A stretch of 64,000 nt of DNA. Source: Rhizophagus irregularis (taxonomy: Eukaryota). This document shows positions 43,663-54,162 of this stretch, piece after piece. How positions within the stretch are numbered: the first letter of the stretch is position 1; the number at the start of each line of letters is the position of its first letter. The translations under genes were made by a program, and so were the position numbers. The stretch is from assembly GCF_026210795.1 (NCBI RefSeq), contig NC_089433.1:3286001-3350000 (forward strand), read 5' to 3'. Under the pieces are notes generated by a model. It saw only the letters and a list, made by a program, of their open reading frames with translations, did no database searches and was not told where the DNA came from.

Positions 43663-44764
43663 TAGTGCTTCGATCCGTATCCGGATCGATCCAGATATTT
43701 TTTTTTTCGGATATCCGGATTTTGCGGTTTTCATCCGAATTATACTAATCCGGATGAAAAATATCCGGTTTGAACCAGAATCTGGATGAATCTTTATTTA
43801 TTTTTTTAGCATAGCACCGTAACTTTATATAATAAGATTTATAGAAATAAGTATATATATTTTTTCATTAAAGTGCGACTATAGACACATTTTAAATACT
43901 GAAAAGTAAAAACACTGAAAACACTTGCACATGTTGATCAACTGAAGTTTAAAATGCAATAATTTACTAAATGAAGAATCATTTTTCACATTCAAACGTT
44001 CAAAAGAAAAAACTTTTTATTATTTTTTTTACAATGAAATAATAATTATTATTTTTAAATGAAAAATTATTCTGATCAAATTACAAAAAATTGAGATATT
44101 AATAAAATTTATATAATTATGACAATTTTTTTTAAAAATTAAAATCTTAGTGTTATATAATTTGATTCAAATGATTCTTTAATTTTTGAAAGAAAGAAAC
44201 AAATCCTTTTTAACATTTTAAAAATTGCCTTACTACTAACCCACCAACACATCTATCTATAGTAATCTTTAGCTGTATATAAAAATATCTTGTTTACTAT
44301 CCAAAATTTCATAATTAATTTACGAAAGAAATGTTAAACAATAGTCTGAGACAATGCTGAAATAATATGAAATTGTTTTAAAAAAAAGTATTGAATAAAA
44401 TTGGAATTATGAAAATTTCGCGGTCTCAGATTTATTTATTTATTTATTTTATTTATTTTATTATTTCGCGGTCTTAGATAATTTTGGCCAAATTTGTAAT
44501 TCTGGCCGAAAATACCGAAAAAATAGTTTAGCCACCGGGCAAAAATTTTTTGAAATTTAATGTTACACAAATTTGTAATTCCGGCCGGCGTTATGAATTC
44601 TGGCCAGAATTATTGCCGATCAGTTGTAAATCCCAATCCGAATTTCAGTTTCTATCCGGATTTTTTGACCCGGATAAAGAATCCGGATCAATCTGGATAA
44701 AATCCGGATTTATTTTTTGTGTAATCCGGATGACGGGTTTCATCCGGGTCGAAGCAGAAGCACA
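43663..44764. mobile_element. hAT-like non-autonomous element
   Basis: TGCTTCGA(T/C)CCG inverted ends with clustered ATCCGG subterminal repeats at both sides; no clean TSD seen. Confidence 0.55.
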
Positions 44765-47700
44765 ACCATTTTATCACGTGTATTTTGCATGATCATTTTC
44801 AATTTTATTATAAAGCACCGTTATTAAAATTCTACTCCGAATTTTGCCATTAATTCTAAATGGTAGTTTAATTATTAAAATCTATCTATTATGGTTAACT
44901 TCTAGCGTAATCTATGCATTTTGTTTGATGCAAATGTCTTGGCAAACTAAATCTTATATAATATTATCTGTTATCCAAAACTTTCAAATTAATAAATGAT
45001 AATTTGATATATCTTCATCTAAAATTAAATATAAAGTAAAATGAGGAACTTTAATAATGTATCACCTATTTAAATTTGGATCAAATATATATTTATTAAG
45101 TTTAAAATAGAATTTTATAGGTACAGTATTTCAAAAATATATGGACCAATAAATGAAAATAATAAACCATTATTTTAAATTTTTTTTTTTTTAAAATAAT
45201 ATTAATAAGTTAATCGTGATCTTTCTCCTTTTATATTTTATACAACATCATGTAACAACATAATTATAAAGTTAAAAAGGATAATTCACTAAAGCTCCTT
45301 TAAAAATACCACTTTTAAAATTGTATTCTAAATAAATCAGAACTTAATTTTGTTAAGAAAATATAATAGTAGATATATATCATTAAAATTATTATTTGTA
45401 TTATAGGTGCGATTGAAACTTTAATTACAAAATACAATATATGACTAGTAACTGTCATATCGTAAGTCTTAACACAGTAAATATTTTCAGCCCATTTTTT
45501 TAAAAAAATAATTGAATAATATTAATTATCAGATTTAAATAATAATATCCTATATATCCTATAAGAAAATTTTTATCCGAATATTTCCATTCTTTATCCG
45601 TGGCTTTCGTAAAAAATTCCGTGAAAATGATACATTTAAGGTGTGAAAGATGAAAATTTCCATGATTTAAGGTTACATTCACTGGGTTTTTTTGCTAAAA
45701 TATCGTAGATGATAATGTTTTTTACAAAAAATGTACGTACTGTATGTACACGATGTCAAATTTAGCTAGCAAAAAAAATGACCATTTCAAATTTGTGTAT
45801 TTTTGTTACTTTTGGAGGAGTTAATTTAATTTTAAGGTTCAACAGTAAAGAGGTGTAACTGTTAGATAATACAATAGCCGAACTAAAGGAGTAGGTCGGC
45901 AACATTGTTCGTAGTTGGGAAGAATAACGAACAATGGCGTGGTATGACAGGAGTGACATCTATTCGATGGGCATAAATGTAGGTTATACAGGTTTTGCCG
46001 GTGTAAGTTCTGCATCTTATACTAACAAAATCGGTAATAAACACCATTTGAAACAAAAAAAAAAAGGTTACATTCACGAGAAAAACATGGAAGGAACAAC
46101 ATTTTTTACAGGAATATAATCATCAGATATTTATTCACGACATTATAGATTTACGGCATTAAAATATACATAGAACATAAAATATTTTATTACTAAATTT
46201 AATAATGAATACAAATTCCTTATTATCAGCTACTATTCAAAGAAGAAGAGAAGTCTTTGCGAGAAAAAAAAGAAAAAGAAATTAAACCGAACAAAAATTT
46301 TTGTCATAGTTTAATTAAGGTAGCAATTTATCCGAAATAACAACATTTTAAATAATAAATTTGAAGCTACTACTTGCTCAATTACAAACTGATTTTATTT
46401 TGTAAAATAAATTTTACATGTATTCTATAATCAAGTGTTGAACAAATATATAAAATAAGAATAAATAATATAATACTACTATAGGTTATTTTCAATCTAG
46501 CTAGGTTTAATAGCTAAAAATACAATTTATTTGTTCATATTATATTTGATTTATAATCTGTATAAAAATTGATTTTGGATTAAATAAAATAAAATTATAA
46601 AAATTATAAAATATATAAAATTTATAAAACTTACTGTGTAAAATCAATAATTTCTACTGTGTTATTGTCAACATTATCATATTTTGGGATGTTTTTTGTA
46701 AATGGATTGAGTAATCGTGATGTATAAATAGCTTGTGAATGAGTAGCTAATCGTTTATTTTCATCAAATGATGTGAGATGTGATTTTCTGTATTCTTCTG
46801 CTTCTTTGAATTGGTTTTCAATTTCATAATGTTGCTGCTCCATTTTAATTCCTATATAGTTTTCAAAGTCATCTACATGATTATAGCAGCCACAAAATAA
46901 TTTAATTGATTCAAAAATTTCAGTTGTTTTTGGTCTATTATCTGGATTAGAATTCCAACACTGCTTCATCAAATAAATATAACATTTTGGTGCTTCTGGC
47001 ATATTAACTTCAGGTCACTACAAATATTTAATACTAAAAAACTCATCATGTGCACAATCGGCGAAGGGTTGTTTTCCAGTTGCTACAAAATACATGATCA
47101 TACCAAAGCTGTATACATCTGCTGCTTGAGTATAAAGTTCCCCCTTTAACACTTCGGGAGCTATATAAGGTATAACTCCATAAATATTATTTTGATCGGT
47201 ATTACTAACATCTCCACATAATCCCATATCTGAAATATGTATAGTATTATCATTAATTCTATCCGGGTTAGCAATAATATTGAATAGTATATTTCCTGTA
47301 TGAAAATCACGGTGAACCATCTTCTTTTGATGAATTTCTTCAAGACCCATACTAATATTAAAAGTATAGTCAATTTTTCTGACCATTTAAGATTGCTATA
47401 ATTTTTGACCATCCAATAATTAAAATTTCCACCTATTGCATAATCAAGAACTATAATGTATTCCTTCGTATCTGGATTTCGAGATATTCCACATATTTTA
47501 AGTATTTTATTTTCATAATAATTATAACGATTTATAATTTAGTCTATTAAAATATGAAAGAATATGATTTTATTAAAAAATATATACAGTAATTAGGATT
47601 GAATTTACTGAAAAGTCACATACCTCATTGAGAAATTCACTTGTGATATTTTGCGAGTTATATAAACATTTTAATGCAACTTTTTTATCCTTATTTCTTG

Positions 47701-48625
47701 TATCTATTCGTGTAGCTCTATTATAAAATAATGGACCATCAACCCATATTGCTGAATATACTTTAGCAAAACCACTTTTGCCTATCTCTTTGATATTATT
47801 AAACTGGTTGTATGGTATCCATTCAAATATTATATCATCATAAGAATTAATTTTTGATTGTGTTACCGAATGATGACGGTAATTAAGAGACGAATGGCGA
47901 ATGACTTATACCGTATATCTACACGGATACCAACGAAATTCTTACTCAATACTACCTATCCAAAGGTATTTCCAGTATTGTTCGTTAAGAATCGTCAAGG
48001 TAAACAACTATAAAATACGATAAATGGTAATACGCGATAATGTATAAGATAAATCTTATATAGAATAATGTAAAATAACCAAACGTAACAATTTTATTTC
48101 TTAAAAGACACTTTCGGTCTACAATAAAACGAATAAAGGTGATAGGGGAATTTTCTCAAGAACAACTATATAGGTCACTGTTCTATTATGGAGTTGGTAG
48201 AGGCGTATTTATATCTTACTGCCATCTTTTTTTTTCTAATAATCAAAGGCGAAATCTAATCTATAGATGTCTAATCGTTAATGTTTCATCACAATATCAC
48301 AATAGCGATAATTTTTATTGTAAGCCACTTTTAAATAGAACACAATTGATAATTTTGGACAATTAATACTATTGAACTAATTCTCACACAATTATCTTCT
48401 AATAAATTCTAATAAAATTGTATACATATAAACAATACAAATAAAGAAAATAAATAATATAACTAATAATAAATAAATAAATTGAATAAATTAAATAAAT
48501 ATAAAAACGATATATAAGTAAATTTATCATATAAAATCAATATCTTTAATATAGTTAACTGATATACACAAATCTGCAACTATACATCGGCGTAAATCGT
48601 CTCGTAACATCGGAAATCGACGTGT

Positions 48626-49232
48626 TGTAACGCCTAAGCCCGTGATAAATCACGTTGCCACCTTAGGTATTAACAAAATATCTCTTTATTAATAATATAA
48701 ATAAATACAATAATATGCTTGGTTTAATAACATTAAATAACTAATAAATAATTCATTATCGAAATTCGTCCAAGAATAATGTCCTTCTCAAAAGGTGATC
48801 TTCACGCCCTTTTATATTTGTTTTCGTGTAACCAAAAATTCATAATTTCGGTTCATGGATTTAAATTATCAAAGTATTTCCATTATTTCAAAGTATTTCC
48901 ATCATCTTAATTCTGTATCCATTTGATCATCGTGACCTCCTGAATTATGATTTATAATACTAACGTAATGATCAGCAAATTAGTCACCTGACACCTCAGA
49001 TCACTTGACTTCATTTAATTTAGTATCTTTCGGATCTTTATTTATCCTTAAATGTGACTGATAGTTTAATGTCATCTCGGACCAATTATCCTTGAATCAC
49101 CTGATCAATAGTTTAACGACTTTTCGGTCTAACTAAAAAAAATAAAAATAAACTAAAATTTTATATACTAAGATTAAATATAATACTGCGCCTCACAATT
49201 AATAAATTTACTATGTATACTACGGCATTACA
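48626..49232 (-). repeat. 3' LTR
   Basis: 607 bp; no differences seen by eye against 59155-59761. Confidence 0.95.
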
Positions 49233-49242
49233 ACTATCCCCC
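49233..49242 (-). other. Short polypurine tract
   Basis: GGGGGATAGT immediately before the 3' LTR on the element strand. Confidence 0.6.
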
Positions 49243-49337
49243 GCATGAAAATTTAATGCCCTCATTAAATTTATTCTAAGAATCGAACTCGTGTCTCGAA
49301 GTGGTAGGTGCGAATTATACCACTAAATCAAGCATGC
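49243..49337 (-). ncRNA. tRNA(Gly)-like sequence in the retrotransposon 3' UTR (degenerate)
   Basis: GCATGCT TG ATTTAGTGGTATAAT TCGCAC CT ACC AC TTCGAGAC ACGAG TTCGATT CTTAG: A-box/D-loop, Gly-type ACC anticodon position, B-box/T-loop. Stems are imperfect. Confidence 0.6.
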
Positions 49338-49554
49338 GTCATTACTTGACTTAGCTGCGTCCTGCGGCTGTTCCCGTGGTTTGTCATGTGTTCTTCTGAA
49401 TTTCACGGTTTTCTTGTACCGGATTTCACTTAGGTCTTTCTTTGGAATTTTCATTAATTCTCCCTATTTTTCCAAAATTATTTTTATGTCATGTGATTTT
49501 ATTTCACATGATTATAAATTATCTTTATTTTTCTAAGTCTATTGATGATGGTTA

Positions 49555-51336
49555 TCATTTACTCATCGGTGTATGGTAAGTCTTTAATAGTTCTCCATTT
49601 ACAGGTGTTTTCTTGATTACACCCTTAATATCTTTAATTTTGTAGGCTCCGTTTGGTAGTATTTCATGAATGTAAAATGGTCCCAACCATTTTGATTCCA
49701 ATTTTCCAGATAATTGTTGTGCTTTGGCCTTATCATAAAGTAATATTTTATCTCCAATTCCAAAGGTATGTTCTTTAATTATTTTTCTGTCATGATACTC
49801 TTTTTGTTTTATTTGAGATTTTAATATTTGTTCTTTGGCTTCATATCGGATTTTTGGTAATTCTTCTAATAATCCAACTATTCTATCACTTAGGTTGATT
49901 CCTTTGATATCTTCATCCATTATTGTCCGTACATTTCTTCCATATGTTAGATAAAATGGTCGAATTTTTGTTGAACTATGCTTTTTATTTCGGTAAGCAA
50001 ATAATATGGGTGCTATCCTTTGATCCCAATCATCTTTGGTTGATAATTTTGCTAATGCTTGACCTAATGTTCGGTTGAATCTTTCAACAAGTCCGTTTGT
50101 CTCTGGATGATAACTTGTAGAAAAATTCCATTTAATTTTGAATTTTTCCATTAATTCCTTAATCATTTCATTATTGAAATGACTTCCTCTATCACTCAAT
50201 ATTTTCATAGGACATCCATGTCTACAAATGATGTCTTCATAAATAAATTTTGATACTTCTTTGGCAGTTGCTTCTTTTACTGCTTTGGCTTCTGGCCATT
50301 TTGTAAAATAATCCATTGCTACTATGATGTATTTATTACCATTTGTTGTTGTGTTCAATGGTCCAACAAAGTCAATCCCGATTTGATACCATGGTTCTAC
50401 TACTTTAATTGGGTGTAATTCATTTTTCCCTTGTGGTTTTCCTCTTCTTTGACATTCATCACATGTCCTTACATATCTTTCAACATCATTCAGCATATTT
50501 TCCCAATAATATTTATCTTTCAAATTATCATAAGTACTTTTGATTCCCATATGTGCCAATAATTCATGACTGTGAGCTAAATATAGTGCTCCCATCTTTT
50601 CAAAATCTTCTATTATTCTGATGTTTTTACCATTTTTCTCAATATGCTTTTTACCATCAGTTACTCTGATGTTATCCTTAATCTCAACATTTTTAACCTC
50701 TATTGGTGGTTTATCTCCATCTAATTCTATTACTTTATTATATACTCTTTCCCAATCTGTGTCATTATTTGATATTTTAATATTAGCATATTTTTCTCCT
50801 TCGTAAATATCTTGACATTCTTTAAATGATTTCACCATCTCCATATATCTTTCTTCATCTAATAATGGGTATGATGTTTTATGTCCTTGATCCTTTTTCG
50901 AATATTCTCTACCTTTGTAATTTTCCCAACATTTTTCATTTTCTAAAAATATCACTATTGATTCATCAATTATCCTTTTGTTCCTAAATACTTCCTTTTC
51001 TAATAGGTGGTTCTCATATCTTGTTATGTATCCTCTGTCGAATGATGGTGTTTGTTGATAAAAGTACTCACTATAGGGACTTTTATCTAATATTAACCAA
51101 TCCTCATTATCATGTTCTTCCATTCTCCTGTTGATTTGTTTGACAACTTCCTTCCTGAATTCCCATTCTATACCTTTCTTTGGTATTTTATACTTATCAT
51201 TGTCCTCTCTTCTCCTTTTAAAGGTGTTAAACCTCACACTTTGTCCTACTTTTTCAAATTCTTTTATAAGTTTATTTACAATGAATGTTTTTCCAGTACC
51301 ATCAACTCCACATATGATTATTATTTTAGGTCCCAT
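49555..51336 (-). CDS. dNMP/thymidylate-kinase-like P-loop domain fused to Gypsy integrase
   Basis: aa 1-205: IIIICGVDGTGKT, ILDKSPYSEYFYQ, IVIFLE. Then HHCC zinc finger (AHSHELLAHMG..CDEC), DDE core (GIDFVGPL, SDRGSHF, NGLVERFNRTL) and GPF motif. Confidence 0.9.
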   Translation of the reverse strand: MGPKIIIICGVDGTGKTFIVNKLIKEFEKVGQSVRFNTFKRRREDNDKYKIPKKGIEWEFRKEVVKQINRRMEEHDNEDWLILDKSPYSEYFYQQTPSFDRGYITRYENHLLEKEVFRNKRIIDESIVIFLENEKCWENYKGREYSKKDQGHKTSYPLLDEERYMEMVKSFKECQDIYEGEKYANIKISNNDTDWERVYNKVIELDGDKPPIEVKNVEIKDNIRVTDGKKHIEKNGKNIRIIEDFEKMGALYLAHSHELLAHMGIKSTYDNLKDKYYWENMLNDVERYVRTCDECQRRGKPQGKNELHPIKVVEPWYQIGIDFVGPLNTTTNGNKYIIVAMDYFTKWPEAKAVKEATAKEVSKFIYEDIICRHGCPMKILSDRGSHFNNEMIKELMEKFKIKWNFSTSYHPETNGLVERFNRTLGQALAKLSTKDDWDQRIAPILFAYRNKKHSSTKIRPFYLTYGRNVRTIMDEDIKGINLSDRIVGLLEELPKIRYEAKEQILKSQIKQKEYHDRKIIKEHTFGIGDKILLYDKAKAQQLSGKLESKWLGPFYIHEILPNGAYKIKDIKGVIKKTPVNGELLKTYHTPMSK

Positions 51337-51602
51337 TTTTACATAATTCTGATAATTTTAGCCTGTTTATTTTACTTAATATCACCTCTATTTGTAATAT
51401 TTCCTCTTGGGTTTCCAAAATTAGTGGTCTTTCCTTACTATCCTCAAAATTTTCGGCTTTGTATTTATAGTTATAATTTATCCTGTTTAATTCCTTTGTT
51501 ATACCTTCTAAATTTTCGATTATATCCTTTATTTTTATGATTTGTATTTCTTACCACTTGTTCCATTTTTATTTTTGAAAAGTAACTCTTTTACCCATCT
51601 AT

Positions 51603-53082
51603 TTATATTATTCTTGATAAGGCATCTGCGTTTTTATTTTCTTTTCCTGGTCTATGGGTTATTTCAAAATCATACTGTTCCAATTCCATGACCCATCTTG
51701 ATCTCTTTCCTTTTGGTACTTTTGCAGTCATTAATCCCTTCAAAGCTGCATGGTCTGTTACTACCTCAAATTTTCTATTGATCAAGTATTTATGGAAGTG
51801 TTGTATTCCCCATACAATTGCATAACATTCTTGTTCGGTTATTGGCCATCTTTGTTCTGTCCTGTTTAAACTTTTACTGGCATATTCTATTACGTATTCT
51901 TGACCTTTATCATCTTTTTGAGCTAATACTGCCCCTAATCCTATTCCTGAAGCATCTGTAATTAATATAAATTTCCTTAACCAATCTGGTTGTCTTAACA
52001 CCGGTTCTTCGGTTAATTTCCTTTTTAATATTTCTAATGCTTCATGTTGTTTGATGCCCCATTCAAACTTTTCATCTTTTCTCAATAAAGATGTTATTGG
52101 TTTTACTATTTTTGAAAAATCTTTAATAAATTTTCTATAATACGTACATAACCCCAATATTGACCTTACACCTTTTATATTTATAGGTGCTGTTAATTTT
52201 TGTATCTTTTCAACCTTTCCTGGACTTGGTTTTAATCCATTTTTACCAACTACATGTCCTAAAAATTCTATTTCTGTTTTTCCAAATATACATTTCTTTA
52301 ATTTTAGTATTAAACTGGCTTCCTTTAATTTTTCTAACACTAACTTTATGTGTTTTAGGTGGTCTTCAAAATTTTCCGAATATATCATTATATCATCAAT
52401 GTATACTATCACAAATTCATTTAGGTACTCCTTTAATACTTTATCCATTAACCTTTGAAAACTTGCAAGCGCATTTGTTAACCCAAATGGCATGACATTA
52501 TATTCATATAATCCTGCTGAGCATATGAATGCTGTTTTCTCAATATCTTCCTCAGCCATTTCTATCTGATTAAACCCTGATGCTAAATCTAGACTGGTAA
52601 ACCATTTTCCTGAACTTATCCTTTCTAATTGTTCATCAATCCTTGGTAATGGATATGCATCTGTTATTGTAACTTTATTTAATTTTCTATAGTCGATGCA
52701 AAATCTATAATTTCCCGACTTTTTCCCTACTAAAGTCACTGGTGAAGACCATGGACTTCTAGATTCTCTAATTTTTCCCATTTTTAACATTTCTTCAACC
52801 TCTTTTCTGATGAATTTACCTTTTTCATCATTTTCTTTGTACCTCTTTTGGGCTATTAGTTCAGTACCCCCTTTTAATCTGATTTCATGTTTTACTAGGT
52901 TTGTCCTATTATATTTTTCACCATCGTACTCAAATATATCCTTATATTTTTCTACTAATACCTTTAATTTACCTTTTTGTTCATTGGTTATGTCCCCTAC
53001 TTTAAATTTTTCAGTAAATTTTTCATGGTCACTTTTGTGCTTCTTTATCGTCTCTTCAGTATCATTCTGACCAAGACTTATA
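51603..53082 (-). CDS. Reverse transcriptase + RNase H (pol segment)
   Basis: SPWSSP, RFCIDYRKLN, LDLASGFNQI, MPFGL, YIDDI, ITDASG, VVTDH, ADALSR. The frame stays open upstream of ATG 52790 to ~53082. Confidence 0.95.
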
Positions 53083-54162
53083 CTTTAAAATTTTCATCTT
53101 CCTGACCTTCATGGTCATCTTCATATATGTTATACAATTCATCCTGGTATAATTCTTCTAATATTTCCTCTTCATCAAATGTTTCTTCAAACCCTTTAAT
53201 GGTCCTTTGTGTGTATTTTACTGGTATATCCATAGTTTCATCATTCATTCTAATTATTATTGTTTTATCTGTGTAATCTATATTTGCTTTGAATATATCT
53301 AATACTCCATTTCCTAACACAATTTCGTTTTTTCCTGAATCAATTACTTCAACCTTAATGGGTATTTCCTTATCCCCAAATTGTATGTATATTGTCGTGG
53401 TACCCCTAGATGTAAACATGGGTATCGAAACTCCTAAGAGCATTTCCGAATGTTTCGGGTTTCGGTATATACGAATCGAAACTCAACCCATAACCTAAAC
53501 TTCTACCGAAACTCGAAACAACTTCCGATATTCCGAAACCTATCCCGATATCCCGAAACCAGCATTACCCAATTAAATTGCTTAAACAACTGTGCCATAC
53601 GTCATATTGATGAAATCACGTGCTCAATAATCATCAAGAAATTCATAATACCCGACGCTATGTGAGGATTGAGGAATATAATGGAGTGAACAAATTCTAC
53701 CCTAATAGTTATATAGTTAATTTGGATTTAATGTTAGGAATAATTTAATAGTGAACAAACTATTAGAAATTGAACTTGATACCTTTATTTAAGATTTACT
53801 GTAAGGAAAACTAATAAAAATTTTGGGCATATTTCGGTTTCGGGTTGGGATTCGGGAATCGGAAAAATATATGCATTTCCGAAACTCTATTTCGTATATA
53901 CCGAAACCGATAGAGTTTCGGGAAGTTTCGGTTTCGTTACCCATGTTTACCTAGATGTTAATTTATCCTCATTTATCATCACGCATCTTACTGTACTTGG
54001 TTCCTCAATTTTTAGGTCCATTTCATCCATTATCTGACTAGTTATTACATTTACTGCTGCTCCTGTATCAAACATTACGTCCTTTAATTCTTGGTTTATT
54101 ATTAATTTACCCCTTAATGCAGTTAAGTGTTCTGCTTCAATGTTATTCATTGATTCTTGTAG
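53078..54162 (-). pseudogene. Aspartic protease, interrupted by a hAT MITE
   Basis: VMFDTGAAVNVI..KLTSR|GTTTI..IVLGNGVL is restored in frame by removing the MITE and one TSD copy. Confidence 0.9.
53413..53949. mobile_element. hAT-like MITE (537 bp)
   Basis: TIR TAAACATGGGTAnCGAAAC, 8-bp TSD CCTAGATG, CCGAAA subterminal repeats. Confidence 0.9.

Noticed and set aside
45835..46120. GC-richer exon-like fragment
   Set aside because: Stops occur in the frames read across it and no family could be recognised.
49555..49700. Chromodomain or env gene at the 3' end of the element
   Set aside because: Integrase ends shortly after the GPF motif, and no further ORF lies before the 3' LTR.
53070..53100. 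Programmed -1 frameshift between protease and RT at AAT TTT AAA GTA TAA
   Set aside because: The -1 frame has TAA at the slip position and the heptamer is non-canonical, so a mutation or error is more likely. Family alignment would settle it.
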